Source: a candidate division WOR-3 bacterium (lineage in GTDB: Bacteria > SDB-A). Taken from it: a stretch of DNA of 48,227 nucleotides. This document shows positions 8,740-18,682 of this stretch, in pieces. Both the position numbers and the translations under genes were made by a program. The first letter of the stretch is position 1, and each line of letters begins with the position of its first letter. Under the pieces are notes generated by a model. It was given only the letters and a program-made list of their open reading frames with translations. It was not told where the DNA came from and did no database searches. The stretch is from NCBI GenBank assembly GCA_016934535.1, contig JAFGSQ010000049.1, positions 1-48,227 of the forward strand, in the 5' to 3' direction.

Positions 8740-9725
8740 AAATAATCGGTGCGGGGAACTGGGGGACAACTCTGGCAATTTATCTTTCAAAACTCGGTGT
8801 AAAATCATATCTTTTTGAACCGGTAAAAGAGCGAAGAATTGAGCTGAGAGAGAAAAGAGAAAACGTCCTGTTCCTGCCAGGTTTCAAGTTCGACGAATCA
8901 GTCAAGATAATAGATTCTCCGGTTGATGAAGGCGAAGACGCAAAATTCGTTTTTTTGACTGTCCCTTCGAAATTTTTTAAAGAGACCGTCGAATCCGTTT
9001 CACCCCTCAAAAGCTCCGGTGCTTGTGTAATCAATTTCACTAAAGGTTTGGGAGAGGACGGTATAACGCTTCTCAGCGATGTAATGAAATCATTTTTTCC
9101 TGAAAACAATATCGCCGTAGTCTCGGGTCCGACAATAGCGAGCGAAATCGCTGCAGGATTGCCTGCTTCGTGTGTCGCCGCTTCGACTAATCCATCTCTC
9201 GCCACCGAAATACAGAAAGTACTTTCTTCGAAGAGATTTAGAATATATACATCAGACGACGTAAAGGGAGTTGAACTCGGAGGAGCCCTGAAAAACATAA
9301 TAGCTCTTGCGGCGGGTATTCTCGACGGGATGGAACTTGGCACAAACGCAAAAGCTGCTCTGATGACGAGAGGCCAATACGAAATTGAAAAACTTGGAAC
9401 AGCGCTGGGAGCACGAAAAGAGACTTTTTCGGGACTTTCCGGATTCGGGGATCTGATTACCACGTGTTTTTCAGGACACAGCAGAAACAGACTTTTGGGA
9501 GAGAGGTTGGGGAGAGGAGAAAGTCTCTCTGACATTCAAAAAGACATGATTATGGTCGCCGAAGGAGAGAGAACCGCGAGAATAGCCAAAATGATTTCGT
9601 TGAAACTCGGAATAGAAATGCCGATTACGTCAATAGTCGTTGCAATTCTCGATGGGAAAATAAGACCCTTGGAAGCGATTGACAGACTTATGGAGAGAGA
9701 CTTGAAACCGGAGATAATTGTTTGA
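8721..9725 (+). CDS. gpsA: NAD(P)H-dependent glycerol-3-phosphate dehydrogenase
   Basis: IIGAGNWGTTLA, SGPT, GVELGGALKNIIA, GFGDLITTC and SRNR motifs, in the conserved der-plsY-gpsA order. Confidence 0.97.
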   Translation: MEKEPVKIIGAGNWGTTLAIYLSKLGVKSYLFEPVKERRIELREKRENVLFLPGFKFDESVKIIDSPVDEGEDAKFVFLTVPSKFFKETVESVSPLKSSGACVINFTKGLGEDGITLLSDVMKSFFPENNIAVVSGPTIASEIAAGLPASCVAASTNPSLATEIQKVLSSKRFRIYTSDDVKGVELGGALKNIIALAAGILDGMELGTNAKAALMTRGQYEIEKLGTALGARKETFSGLSGFGDLITTCFSGHSRNRLLGERLGRGESLSDIQKDMIMVAEGERTARIAKMISLKLGIEMPITSIVVAILDGKIRPLEAIDRLMERDLKPEIIV

Positions 9726-10183
9726 AAAAATTTTTCTCTCAAAAAAGAGTTTATTATTCTATAGGCGAAGTGTCGGAAAAAGCCGCGGTCAATCCTTATG
9801 TTCTGAGGTTCTGGGAAGAGAAATTTTCTTTTTTCCTTCGTCCTAAAAAAGATAAATCGGGCAGAAGAAGATACACGCCGGACGATCTGGATGTTGTCCT
9901 GGTAATAGTTGATCTTCTCTACAGCAGAAAGTACACTATTGAAGGAGCGATTCAGGAACTCGAAACCAGATTTTCAACCAAAGCCAGGGTGGCGAAGCTG
10001 TCTTCCGCCCAGAAGACAAAACTTGTTATAAAAGAAGTGCGAAAATCACTCAGGGAATTGAGGGCTGAACTCAAAAAATCCGGCTTTTACTCTGTTTCAG
10101 AAACACGCGAGGACGGAAAAATAGTAAAAATAAGAGAACTCGATTCCGTTCAGCTCAATTTATTTTCCGACGACATTCCTTGA
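9722..10183 (+). CDS. MerR-family HTH protein
   Basis: YYSIGEVSE..VNPYVLRFWE..PKK..GRRRY..YTIEGA. This subfamily commonly lies just before tRNA-Pro. Confidence 0.9.
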   Translation: MKKFFSQKRVYYSIGEVSEKAAVNPYVLRFWEEKFSFFLRPKKDKSGRRRYTPDDLDVVLVIVDLLYSRKYTIEGAIQELETRFSTKARVAKLSSAQKTKLVIKEVRKSLRELRAELKKSGFYSVSETREDGKIVKIRELDSVQLNLFSDDIP

Positions 10184-10208
10184 CAAGAAAACTGTTATTA
10201 TCTATATT
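10180..10208 (+). promoter_or_regulatory. Putative sigma70 promoter of tRNA-Pro
   Basis: TTGACA (10180-10185), 17 nt, TATATT (10203-10208), ending 9 nt before the tRNA. Confidence 0.7.
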
Positions 10209-10217
10209 GATAGGAAT

Positions 10218-10293
<76 letters not shown>

Positions 10294-10333
10294 TTTTAAC
10301 TAGCTTTATGAATATTCCGGGTGAAAATGTATG

Positions 10334-12688
10334 TCAAAGCATCCTTAACGGATCGATGTCTAAATAAATTCTGGCTTTCGTTTTCAGTCTCCAAATACCG
10401 GAATTCATTATCCTTTCTCCCAGCAATATATTTTTTGGAGCTTTTACAAGAAGATGCCATCTGTAGTTACTGCGGATTTTTTCAAGAGGACAAGGCGCCG
10501 GTCCAAGAATCTCAATGTTTTTAATGGATTTTTCAAGTGTTGTTTTGACGATTTTTACCGCTTTCTCGGTATCTGAGCTATTTGTTGAAGACGTCACAAT
10601 CCTCGCCAGTCTGGAAAAAGGAGGATAGCGTACTTCTTCCCGAAGTTTCAGTTCTTTTGCCATGAAGCCGTCGTAATCGTGATTTTTGGCATAAACGAGA
10701 ACCGGATCTGAAGGATTGCTGGTCTGTATCAGCACTTTACTTTCCTGGCCGACCCTTCCAGCTCTTCCGGCTGTCTGGACAATGAGCTGAAACGCGTTCT
10801 CGGAAGCTCTGAAGTCCGGAAAAGAAAGGGCGCTGTCTGCGTCTATTATACCGACAAGAGACACTCCGGGAAAATCGAGACCTTTGGATATCATCTGTGT
10901 GCCGACCAAAACAGGATATTTACCAGAGTGAAAATCTTTGAAAAAAGTATCGTGACCGTGTTTGGTTTTTTTCAAAACGTCTGTGTCGAGTCTCAGAATC
11001 TCTCTGCCGGGGATCGCTCTTTTAAGCTCTTTTTCGATTTTTTCCGTGCCGGCTCCATGCAGATGGAGTTTTCCGTACGAGCATGATGGGCAACTTTCAG
11101 GTAATTTTTTTTCTTTGCCGCAGTAATGGCAGATGAGCTTACCCGCATTTTCATGAAAAGTCATGGATACGTTGCAACACTGACAGTTTATGACAGCTGA
11201 GCAGGCAGGGCAAATGACGTAATTAGAGTGACCTCTCCTGTTGATGAATAAAATTGCCTGCTGATTGTTTGCGTAATTTGATGCCAGTTCTTTTTTTAAT
11301 TCTTCGGATATCACATTGTTTCGAGATTTGGAAACAGGGACAAGTGTGCAGACAGGCATTTTTGTGTCAGAAATTCGTTTAGTTAAACTAAGCAATCTGT
11401 ATTTTCCTCTTTTCGCGTTGAAAATAGTTTCCGCCGAAGGTGTAGCACTTCCGAGAATCACAGGTATTTTCCGTTTTTTACCTTTCCAGACTGCGATGTC
11501 TCTGGCAGAATAAAAAGGACCGGAATCCTCCTCTTTGTAATGCGGCGAATGTTCTTCGTCCACCACAATAATTCCGGTGTTTTTCAAAGGCAGAAATATG
11601 GCGGATCTGGTTCCCACGAGGACCGAACAATTGCCGTCTCTTGCTTTTCGGAAGGCGTCAAATCTCTTTTTCGGAGTCATCATGCTGTGATAGGACAGGA
11701 TTTTTTCAGACGGGAAAATTTTTGAAAAAAAACGCAGAGTTTGCGGAATCAGCGCGATCTCAGGAACGAGATAAAGAGCCGAACTTCCTTTCTCGACTGC
11801 TTTTTCAATGCAGCGGGAGTACACGAATGTTTTACCGCTTCCTGTGACGCCGTGAAGCAGGAATGTTTCGTCACAGCCGTTTGTAATTGAATCAGCGCAT
11901 GATTTCTGATCCGGTGTCAATTCAATGCTTTCCCGGATGAGAGTTTGATTTACTCTTGAGGTTCGAAGGACTTTTTTTCTGACAAGACGTGATAGAGCCG
12001 GAACTGTTCTCTCTCCGAAGTTTCCTTCGAGTTTGGACAGTTCGCAGTTGTCTCCGCACGAAAGTATGAAATCAAAGACAGTTTTATCGAAAGCGTCTTC
12101 GAATTTTGAGGGGGGTGTCAAAACAAAGACAGTTTTTTCAGGCAGATCGGAATCAGGCGAGGCGGGAATGTCGAGAGATGTTTCCAAAAAACCTCCGGAG
12201 ATTGATTTTTTATACAATTCCGTGTTGTTCTCGGATTTTATTTTTTTCAAAAAATTGTCAAAATTCATTTTTTCTCTTTTTTTCAACTGAGCAAATGTTT
12301 TTGAGGCGTTTGAAAATAAAGCGGGTGCATCGGTTTTTAAGGACACGGTTTTTATTACGCAAGAGAAAAGTCCGGGAGGGAAAATTTTGAGAAGACAAGA
12401 TTCAAGAGGGTATCCGTAATAAGATCTCATAAAATCAGCCAAGTACAAATTTTCTTCGTCTATAAAGCGTTCTTTTCCTATAAATCTCCCGATTCCGAGG
12501 ATTTTTATGTCATCAGGCTTTTTAACTTCTCCGATGATACATCCTAAAGCTGTCCCGCTCCTGAGCGGTATTTCCACCAGTCTCCCGGAAATATCTTCTG
12601 TAAAGCAGTCGTTTTCAACTGAGTATGTCAGGACTAATTTTCTTTTTAAAACGAAAACGTCGACGTATTTAAGGGAACGCGAGGTCAA
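10334..12688 (-). CDS. priA: Primosomal protein N' (PriA helicase)
   Basis: LLHGVTGSGKT, VPEIAL, VGTRSA, VDEEH, GSATPS, four CxxC zinc pairs, GTQMISKGLDFP and QTAGRAGR. Start placed at TTG 12688 (GGAG 6 nt upstream) rather than 12769, to reduce the overlap with the upstream gene. Confidence 0.95.
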   Translation of the reverse strand: MTSRSLKYVDVFVLKRKLVLTYSVENDCFTEDISGRLVEIPLRSGTALGCIIGEVKKPDDIKILGIGRFIGKERFIDEENLYLADFMRSYYGYPLESCLLKIFPPGLFSCVIKTVSLKTDAPALFSNASKTFAQLKKREKMNFDNFLKKIKSENNTELYKKSISGGFLETSLDIPASPDSDLPEKTVFVLTPPSKFEDAFDKTVFDFILSCGDNCELSKLEGNFGERTVPALSRLVRKKVLRTSRVNQTLIRESIELTPDQKSCADSITNGCDETFLLHGVTGSGKTFVYSRCIEKAVEKGSSALYLVPEIALIPQTLRFFSKIFPSEKILSYHSMMTPKKRFDAFRKARDGNCSVLVGTRSAIFLPLKNTGIIVVDEEHSPHYKEEDSGPFYSARDIAVWKGKKRKIPVILGSATPSAETIFNAKRGKYRLLSLTKRISDTKMPVCTLVPVSKSRNNVISEELKKELASNYANNQQAILFINRRGHSNYVICPACSAVINCQCCNVSMTFHENAGKLICHYCGKEKKLPESCPSCSYGKLHLHGAGTEKIEKELKRAIPGREILRLDTDVLKKTKHGHDTFFKDFHSGKYPVLVGTQMISKGLDFPGVSLVGIIDADSALSFPDFRASENAFQLIVQTAGRAGRVGQESKVLIQTSNPSDPVLVYAKNHDYDGFMAKELKLREEVRYPPFSRLARIVTSSTNSSDTEKAVKIVKTTLEKSIKNIEILGPAPCPLEKIRSNYRWHLLVKAPKNILLGERIMNSGIWRLKTKARIYLDIDPLRML

Positions 12689-14432
12689 AATAGACTCCGA
12701 TGGCTTTATTGTTTCCTGCAATATCGGCGAAAATTGAAAAATCAATGTTTCCGGTTTTTTTTCTCGCAATAATTCTCAGGGCTTCTCCTTTTCCGTTTGC
12801 GTTCAAAAACCCGTAGGAACCGGGATTCTGAGGCTGGTAAATGTATATCACCGAAGCGAAAGACGGAGTGGAATATGATGAGGCAGACAGGATAAAATTC
12901 CACCCGAAAGCCGGAAAATTGTGCTTAACAGAAATAGCTTCTCCCGTTTCACTGAAAGCGCTGTCCGATGCCGAGGTCAGATAATACGCAAGGGATGATT
13001 CTTTGAAATCGAGAGAAACCGAATAAGTTTCTTTTTTCGGACGAATCCCCGGAAATCCGCTGTATTTTCCGTTAAGAAATCTATGATCCGCCGAAACAGT
13101 AAGAAACAGTTCTCCGGTGATTTTCTTTTCAATATCGACGTCAAAATCACCTCTGTATTTTTTTTCTACACTGTCGGCTCGGATTTCCTGAAAATAACTG
13201 AAAGAAAATGTCGTTTTAACTATGGGAGATGGTAAAACGAGAGATGAAATTATTCCCTGTTCGTTGTTTGCTCCCAATTCTGAAGGTGGGTCAGAAAAAA
13301 AGCAGATGAAATTTTCGGCGTACCTTAAAAGTGATAATTGGACTCTGGCTTTTCCTATGTAGCTTGAAAAAGCGAAATAAGCGCCGAAATCTCCCGGTTG
13401 GGAAAATGATAATTCGGCAAAAAACCTCGACTTTTCGAAGGTTTTATTGAGAATACACTCGATCGCCCAATATTCCTTTTGGTCTGAAAAGTTTTCGAAT
13501 CTGACGGGGGATTTAAAGCGAGTAAAAGTTCCCGCTACAGTTGCCGTGTTTTCATAGGAGACCGCGAAGTCGGCTTCTGAAGTCCAGAAATTCCGTTTTC
13601 TGTTTTTCTGAGTCCGGGTGACGTGATATCCTTCATCGTGCAGACTCAAAACCGTGCCATTGGAATCCAGAGTCGCGTCGTAAAATCTTAATGCAGTCAA
13701 ACAGGCGAACGAAAATTTTCCGGTTTCGTATTGTACTGAAAATCCGTGTGGTATGCCGCTTTCAATGTTGCCTGAGTAAGGTGAAATTCTGTAAGGATTC
13801 GAAGGCATAATTACAGTGCCGAAGCCTGATCCGCCGAAAACAAGTCCTGTTCCAACCCAAATTTTCTGAGTTCCGGCAACGGCGACAATATTTTTACCTG
13901 TATAAAGAATGTTTACGTTCAAAAAGTCAGGATAACCGGTTTCGCCGGCGTCGAGACCGGCCGAAGCTGAAAAAACCTGTTTTCCACGCGAGACTTTGAA
14001 ATAGTTTGAAATTCCAAAGGGCTGAGCCCTGTAGAGACTGTCGTCGTAGTCTTTGTAAACAATCGAATTTCCGATACTTATCTCAACAGGCGTGACCGCT
14101 TTTGGTAAATGTTCAACGATCATAAATTCTCTGAGAAAAGTCATTTGTTCGGGAGAAAAACCCCCTGTAAGCAAAGCCTGATCGACGGAAGAATACGGTC
14201 TGTTGTCAATTATAAGCTTGGCTTTTTCTCTGTCCATGTAAGGAAGATAAAGCAGACTTTCTTCCGGCGAGGAATTTACATTGATTTTGTTTGTTCCCAG
14301 TTCTTCGAGAACGTTCTGAAAGAAGTTTTCTTCGTGGCTAAAAGTTATGTCGTCAGCAAAAACCGAAACTGCTGAAAATAAAGACAACAGAAAAATGATT
14401 TCGGGTATTTCAGCCAATTTTTTCAAGAGCAA
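12669..14432 (-). CDS. Exported ComEA-like helix-hairpin-helix protein with a probable beta-rich C-terminal region
   Basis: Signal-like N-terminus. KINVNSSPEESLLYLPYMDREKAKLIIDNRPYSSVDQ is an HhH_3-like motif. Alternating hydrophobic strands run towards the C-terminus (GVYFDLAFP). Confidence 0.7.
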   Translation of the reverse strand: MLLKKLAEIPEIIFLLSLFSAVSVFADDITFSHEENFFQNVLEELGTNKINVNSSPEESLLYLPYMDREKAKLIIDNRPYSSVDQALLTGGFSPEQMTFLREFMIVEHLPKAVTPVEISIGNSIVYKDYDDSLYRAQPFGISNYFKVSRGKQVFSASAGLDAGETGYPDFLNVNILYTGKNIVAVAGTQKIWVGTGLVFGGSGFGTVIMPSNPYRISPYSGNIESGIPHGFSVQYETGKFSFACLTALRFYDATLDSNGTVLSLHDEGYHVTRTQKNRKRNFWTSEADFAVSYENTATVAGTFTRFKSPVRFENFSDQKEYWAIECILNKTFEKSRFFAELSFSQPGDFGAYFAFSSYIGKARVQLSLLRYAENFICFFSDPPSELGANNEQGIISSLVLPSPIVKTTFSFSYFQEIRADSVEKKYRGDFDVDIEKKITGELFLTVSADHRFLNGKYSGFPGIRPKKETYSVSLDFKESSLAYYLTSASDSAFSETGEAISVKHNFPAFGWNFILSASSYSTPSFASVIYIYQPQNPGSYGFLNANGKGEALRIIARKKTGNIDFSIFADIAGNNKAIGVYFDLAFP

Positions 14433-14940
14433 TGATGAGTCCTATGATTGTCTTGGAGTCTTTAATGAGCCCTTCTTTGAGACACGAGGCGATATCGGAG
14501 AACGTGAAAATCTTTTTTTCTATGTTTTCATCGGGATCGGGATCGAGTGACGAATCGGGTGAAAGTTCGCGGGACATGAAGACAAAAACCTCTTCGTTTG
14601 AAAATCCCGGAGTAGTGAAAAAACGGCAAAGCAGTTCCAGTTTTTCCGGTCTGTATCCTGTTTCTTCGATGAGCTCTCTCTCGGCGGTTTCTTCGGGTTT
14701 TTCATCTTCTTCCATTATCCCTGCCGGTATTTCCCATAAAAATTCGCCGGTAGCGTATCTGAATTGCTTTACTAGAAGAACGCCATCATCGAAAACCGGC
14801 ACAACGGCGACAGCCGGCATGTGGAGCGCTATTTCTCTTGAAGCTGTCATGGATTCTGAAATTTCAACCAAGTCTTTTTTTACCGTGATTATTTTGCCTT
14901 CGAATATAGTTTCAGATTTTATCAACTTTTCAATTTTCAT
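14410..14940 (-). CDS. NUDIX hydrolase, ADP-ribose pyrophosphatase-like
   Basis: LLVKQFRY, WEIPAG..E.PEETAERELIEETGY Nudix box, TTPGFSNE and IKDSKT. GGAGG RBS. Confidence 0.93.
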   Translation of the reverse strand: MKIEKLIKSETIFEGKIITVKKDLVEISESMTASREIALHMPAVAVVPVFDDGVLLVKQFRYATGEFLWEIPAGIMEEDEKPEETAERELIEETGYRPEKLELLCRFFTTPGFSNEEVFVFMSRELSPDSSLDPDPDENIEKKIFTFSDIASCLKEGLIKDSKTIIGLIIALEKIG

Positions 14941-15052
14941 CGGTGCCTCCGTCGGTTTTCAGGAAATTATATACCAACGGCAAAATTCTTGCCGGAAAAA
15001 ATTTAAAAAATTTCCGTTTACTGTTTTAACTTTATTTGGTAGAAAAACCATT

Positions 15053-15457
15053 ATGATTGCCCATGTTGCGGTTACGGTATCCTCTGCGGATAAAGCCAAT
15101 GAGTTTTTCAAAGAAGTCCTTAATTGTAAATTCATGTACAGCTACGGTCTCGACGCGACTGCTTCCAACGCTCTTTTCGGCATCAATTTGCCTACACAGG
15201 TTTACATTTACATGTCCGAAGAAGACTGGATAGAAGTATTCGTCCAAACTGCCTACAAAAGAGCAAACGGGAATTTCGATCATGTTTGTTTTCGAACAGA
15301 GGACATACCTGGAGTGGTCGCGAGGGGTCAGAAACTCGGATATTCCTTCATAAGACACAGGACAACCAACAAAACAGTTTTGTTTGTAAAAGATAAAGAC
15401 GGAAACCTCTACGAACTGAAAAAAACCGCATCTGACGAAAAAAGCCCGTTAAGTTAA
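15053..15457 (+). CDS. VOC / glyoxalase family protein
   Basis: The real gene is the 3' part of ORF 14432..15457, starting at ATG 15053: MIAHVAVTV..DHVCF..FVKDKDGNLYEL. Confidence 0.85.
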   Translation: MIAHVAVTVSSADKANEFFKEVLNCKFMYSYGLDATASNALFGINLPTQVYIYMSEEDWIEVFVQTAYKRANGNFDHVCFRTEDIPGVVARGQKLGYSFIRHRTTNKTVLFVKDKDGNLYELKKTASDEKSPLS

Positions 15458-15521
15458 TTTATTTTTAACAATTTTATTATTCAATTTTTATAGTTCAATC
15501 GGACTTTCAAAAGGAGGCTGT

Positions 15522-17459
15522 ATGAAAATTCTGTCGTTTTTGATCTTCTTCATGACAGCGTTGTGTTTGAATTCGCAGGTTCCGGATGTATTAATAAATG
15601 AATTCGCTCCAAAAGGCACTGAATGGGTCGAACTCTACAACACTACATCAGACCCGATAGATTTGACAGGTTGGAAATTGACTTCTGCAGTTGACGGGGA
15701 TTCTTTCATGATAACCGGCACAATTGGCGCCAATTCTCTGTTTTTATGCAGTATATCGACAGCCATAATGGACAATGACGGGGATTCGGTCTTTCTTTAT
15801 AAACCCGGAGATACTCTGGTGGATCATGTCGCTTTCGGAGACGTTGGACCGGCGCCTGTTTCAATAACAACATGGTCAACGGCAAGAATAACTGACGGTT
15901 ATTGGTCGGGAAGCATGGCGCGGGATTTCAACATCGACGCCACGCCGACTCCTAACGCGCCGAATGACGCGAAACCAGCCCCGCTCGACGGCTATCTTAT
16001 TATTAATGAAATAGATCCCTTTCCAACTGCGGGCAACGATTCAATCGAGCTCCTCAACCTTTCTTTCACCGATACAATAAATACCTCGGGCTGGGTGATA
16101 TCTGACGGTGATGAAGTCGACACGCTCTTCGAGCACATAATTCCTCCGAGGTCGTTTCTCGTAATTGATGAAGCCGAATTCGGATTCGATTTCGCCGCTC
16201 AAGATGTTTGCTATCTTTTTTCGCCCGACACTTCGAGGCGGGATCAACTCGGTTGGGCAGGTGAGTATAACGATTTTTCAATCCAGAGAATACCGAACGG
16301 CGGCGGACCAAATGACGGTTACAACTGGGCATCATCTGGAGGCGGCACTTTCATTTTCGACACGACGGCCACTTGGGGTGCTCCGAACGGTTTCACAACC
16401 ATCACTTTGGATTTCCCCGCTGGAGGCGAAACTCTGTATTCAGGCGACACAGTTTCAATTTCGTGGACGGGTAATGCAATGGCTTACGATCTGTTTATAA
16501 GTTACGACGGCGGATTTAACTGGGAAATGGCAGGAGATTCGGTACTTTCATCTCCGCTTTTGTTTGAAATACCAAGAATCCCTTCGAATCAATGTCTTGT
16601 TTCCATTTTCAGCAATATAGACTATTTTTTTTCCGACACTACGGGCAGTTTTTTTTCGATTATAGACTCCCTCCCTTTCGGAGACACAATAGAGGTCTAT
16701 TACGATTCATCGGCGGCGACAGACTACTATCACTGGACTACAGCTGACTGCGGATCAGGCATGAGACTGACTGCGCCCCTTCAAAGGGGGCCGTTCAGAC
16801 TCATAGGTGCGAAATACATGCTTTCCGACGCTTCTGTCGGAAATAACATTTTCGACTGCAAAGTATTCCGGTGGGCAGGAACCGAACCGGGAACCGAAGA
16901 ATTTACTCAGAAAGACACTTTTCCTGTTCTCGGAACACCCCAATGGTATACAGTCGATGTAACTCATCAGGGAGTTACCCTGGAAACCGGTGAAGATTTC
17001 GTAGTCTGCATATTCTACGACGGAGTAAACCAGCCGGGTTGGGGATTTTACACCCAGACCAATGACAGAGCATGGGATTACGACGCTGGATGGTCTTTGT
17101 GGCCTTCTGAAATGTACTGCATTAGGGCTCTTCTCGCGGATATGAATGGCGTCGTTGAGGAGATAGGGGAGGGAATTGAAATCGATTTACCAAAATTATT
17201 CTTTTCTGAAGCACTTTTCGGCAACGGAACTTATATTTCGTACGCTTTGCCTGTTTCAGGCAGGGTCGTCATAAAAATTTTCGACGTCACGGGCAGAGAA
17301 GTGAGAACACTTCTGGACAGGTTCGAAGAGCCTGGATTGAGGCACATTCCCTTCGACGGCAGGGACGAAGAAGGATATCTTTTGTCGAAAGGTGTGTATT
17401 TCTGCAGAATGGAAAGCCCATCGGGGAACATGTCCTGTAAAATATCAATTGTCGAATAA
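15522..17459 (+). CDS. Secreted protein with two lamin-tail domains and a T9SS-A/FlgD-Ig-like C-terminal domain
   Basis: AAGGAGG RBS and signal peptide. VLINEF..EWVELYN..IDLTGWKL and LIINEI..DSIELLN..SGWVISD. C-terminal IKIFDVTGREVRTL..FDGRDEEG..GVYF. Confidence 0.88.
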   Translation: MKILSFLIFFMTALCLNSQVPDVLINEFAPKGTEWVELYNTTSDPIDLTGWKLTSAVDGDSFMITGTIGANSLFLCSISTAIMDNDGDSVFLYKPGDTLVDHVAFGDVGPAPVSITTWSTARITDGYWSGSMARDFNIDATPTPNAPNDAKPAPLDGYLIINEIDPFPTAGNDSIELLNLSFTDTINTSGWVISDGDEVDTLFEHIIPPRSFLVIDEAEFGFDFAAQDVCYLFSPDTSRRDQLGWAGEYNDFSIQRIPNGGGPNDGYNWASSGGGTFIFDTTATWGAPNGFTTITLDFPAGGETLYSGDTVSISWTGNAMAYDLFISYDGGFNWEMAGDSVLSSPLLFEIPRIPSNQCLVSIFSNIDYFFSDTTGSFFSIIDSLPFGDTIEVYYDSSAATDYYHWTTADCGSGMRLTAPLQRGPFRLIGAKYMLSDASVGNNIFDCKVFRWAGTEPGTEEFTQKDTFPVLGTPQWYTVDVTHQGVTLETGEDFVVCIFYDGVNQPGWGFYTQTNDRAWDYDAGWSLWPSEMYCIRALLADMNGVVEEIGEGIEIDLPKLFFSEALFGNGTYISYALPVSGRVVIKIFDVTGREVRTLLDRFEEPGLRHIPFDGRDEEGYLLSKGVYFCRMESPSGNMSCKISIVE

Positions 17460-17473
17460 ACACGGAGGAATAT

Positions 17474-18676
17474 ATGAAAATCATTAATTTCGCTTTTCTT
17501 ATCCTTTTTGCGACTGTTATTTCGGCTCAGATTCCTCAGGTTGTAATAAACGAGTTCGCTGCCAAAGCCAATCCGGAATGGATTGAAATTTACAATACAA
17601 CCTCTTCGCCCATAGATCTTTCCGGTTGGTGTTTGATAAACACTCCGAACGACACTACTTTTCTTTCAGGAACGCTGGCCGGAAATGCTTATATGCTCGT
17701 TACACTTTCTTCATCTCAACTAAGTAACGACGGAGATATTATATCGCTTGCAAATTCTGCAGGAGACACTGTTGACTACGCAGGATACGGGACGAGAGGT
17801 CCTGCTCCTGTCGGTATATACAATTCAAACAATCCCGCCTTCAGCACTGCAAGAATAACTGACGGCTGTTACACTTCTCCAAACAACGGCCGAGATTTCA
17901 ACATAGACGGAACTCCGACACCGGGAACGGCGAACGATGCTCATCCGGCGCCTCTGAATGCTCAGGTTTCAATAAACGAACTGGACCCTTATGGGGGGAC
18001 TACTGTTTACGATTCTGTTGAATTGTTCAACTCTACCTCTTCCGACATAGATGTTGGCGGCTGGTTTATCTCCGACGGAGACGACTTTAAAGTTATTACA
18101 GGAACTCAGATAGTTCCCGCGAACGGATTTCTTGTTATAGACTCAAGCGATTTCAGCGGCGTCAATTTTACGAACGTCGATGTATGTTATCTCTTTATGG
18201 CCGACACGCAGAGAGTTGATCAACTTGGATGGTACAGCGATTCAAGCGAATATACATATCAACGTGTACCTGACGGCGGAGGTCCTCACGACGGATATAA
18301 CTGGGTAACCTCGGGAGGCGGAACCACGCTTTTCGACAAGATAGAAACCTGGGGCGAAACGAACGGAACTGTTCACGTCGTCGAAGAAACACCTGATGCA
18401 GTATTTCCCGAAGGATACTTCCTTGCCTGCCCATCTCTTTCAGGAAGAGGCGGAATTGAAGTGTCTTTTATGGCTCCCGGAGATTTTACCCTCGGAGTGT
18501 ATTCTCTGGACGGAAGACTTGTGAAAGAAATGTTTACCGGCAGAACCGAAAACCGATCATATTTAACATGGGATTTAAGCGACAGTGAAGGCAGACCGGT
18601 ATCACAGGGTCATTACATTTTGATGTTGTCCGACGACGATCAAAGAATATCTATTAAACTCGAAGTTATATACTGA
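17474..18676 (+). CDS. Secreted protein with two lamin-tail domains and a FlgD-Ig-like C-terminal domain (paralog of the upstream gene)
   Basis: GGAGG RBS and signal peptide. VVINEF..EWIEIYN..IDLSGW and VSINEL..DSVELFN..DVGGWFISD. C-terminal VYSLDGRLVK..WDLSDSEGRPVSQGHY. Confidence 0.88.
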   Translation: MKIINFAFLILFATVISAQIPQVVINEFAAKANPEWIEIYNTTSSPIDLSGWCLINTPNDTTFLSGTLAGNAYMLVTLSSSQLSNDGDIISLANSAGDTVDYAGYGTRGPAPVGIYNSNNPAFSTARITDGCYTSPNNGRDFNIDGTPTPGTANDAHPAPLNAQVSINELDPYGGTTVYDSVELFNSTSSDIDVGGWFISDGDDFKVITGTQIVPANGFLVIDSSDFSGVNFTNVDVCYLFMADTQRVDQLGWYSDSSEYTYQRVPDGGGPHDGYNWVTSGGGTTLFDKIETWGETNGTVHVVEETPDAVFPEGYFLACPSLSGRGGIEVSFMAPGDFTLGVYSLDGRLVKEMFTGRTENRSYLTWDLSDSEGRPVSQGHYILMLSDDDQRISIKLEVIY

Positions 18677-18682
18677 TTAAAA

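Noticed and set aside
8780-9535. Long antisense ORFs opposite conserved genes (e.g. 8780..9535, 22706..23254, 29437..30027, 46368..46913)
   Set aside because: Each lies opposite a well-supported gene and shows no protein motifs.
14432-15052. 5' two-thirds of the 341-aa ORF 14432..15457
   Set aside because: It is antisense to the NUDIX gene and Ser-rich. Only the part from ATG 15053 has VOC motifs.
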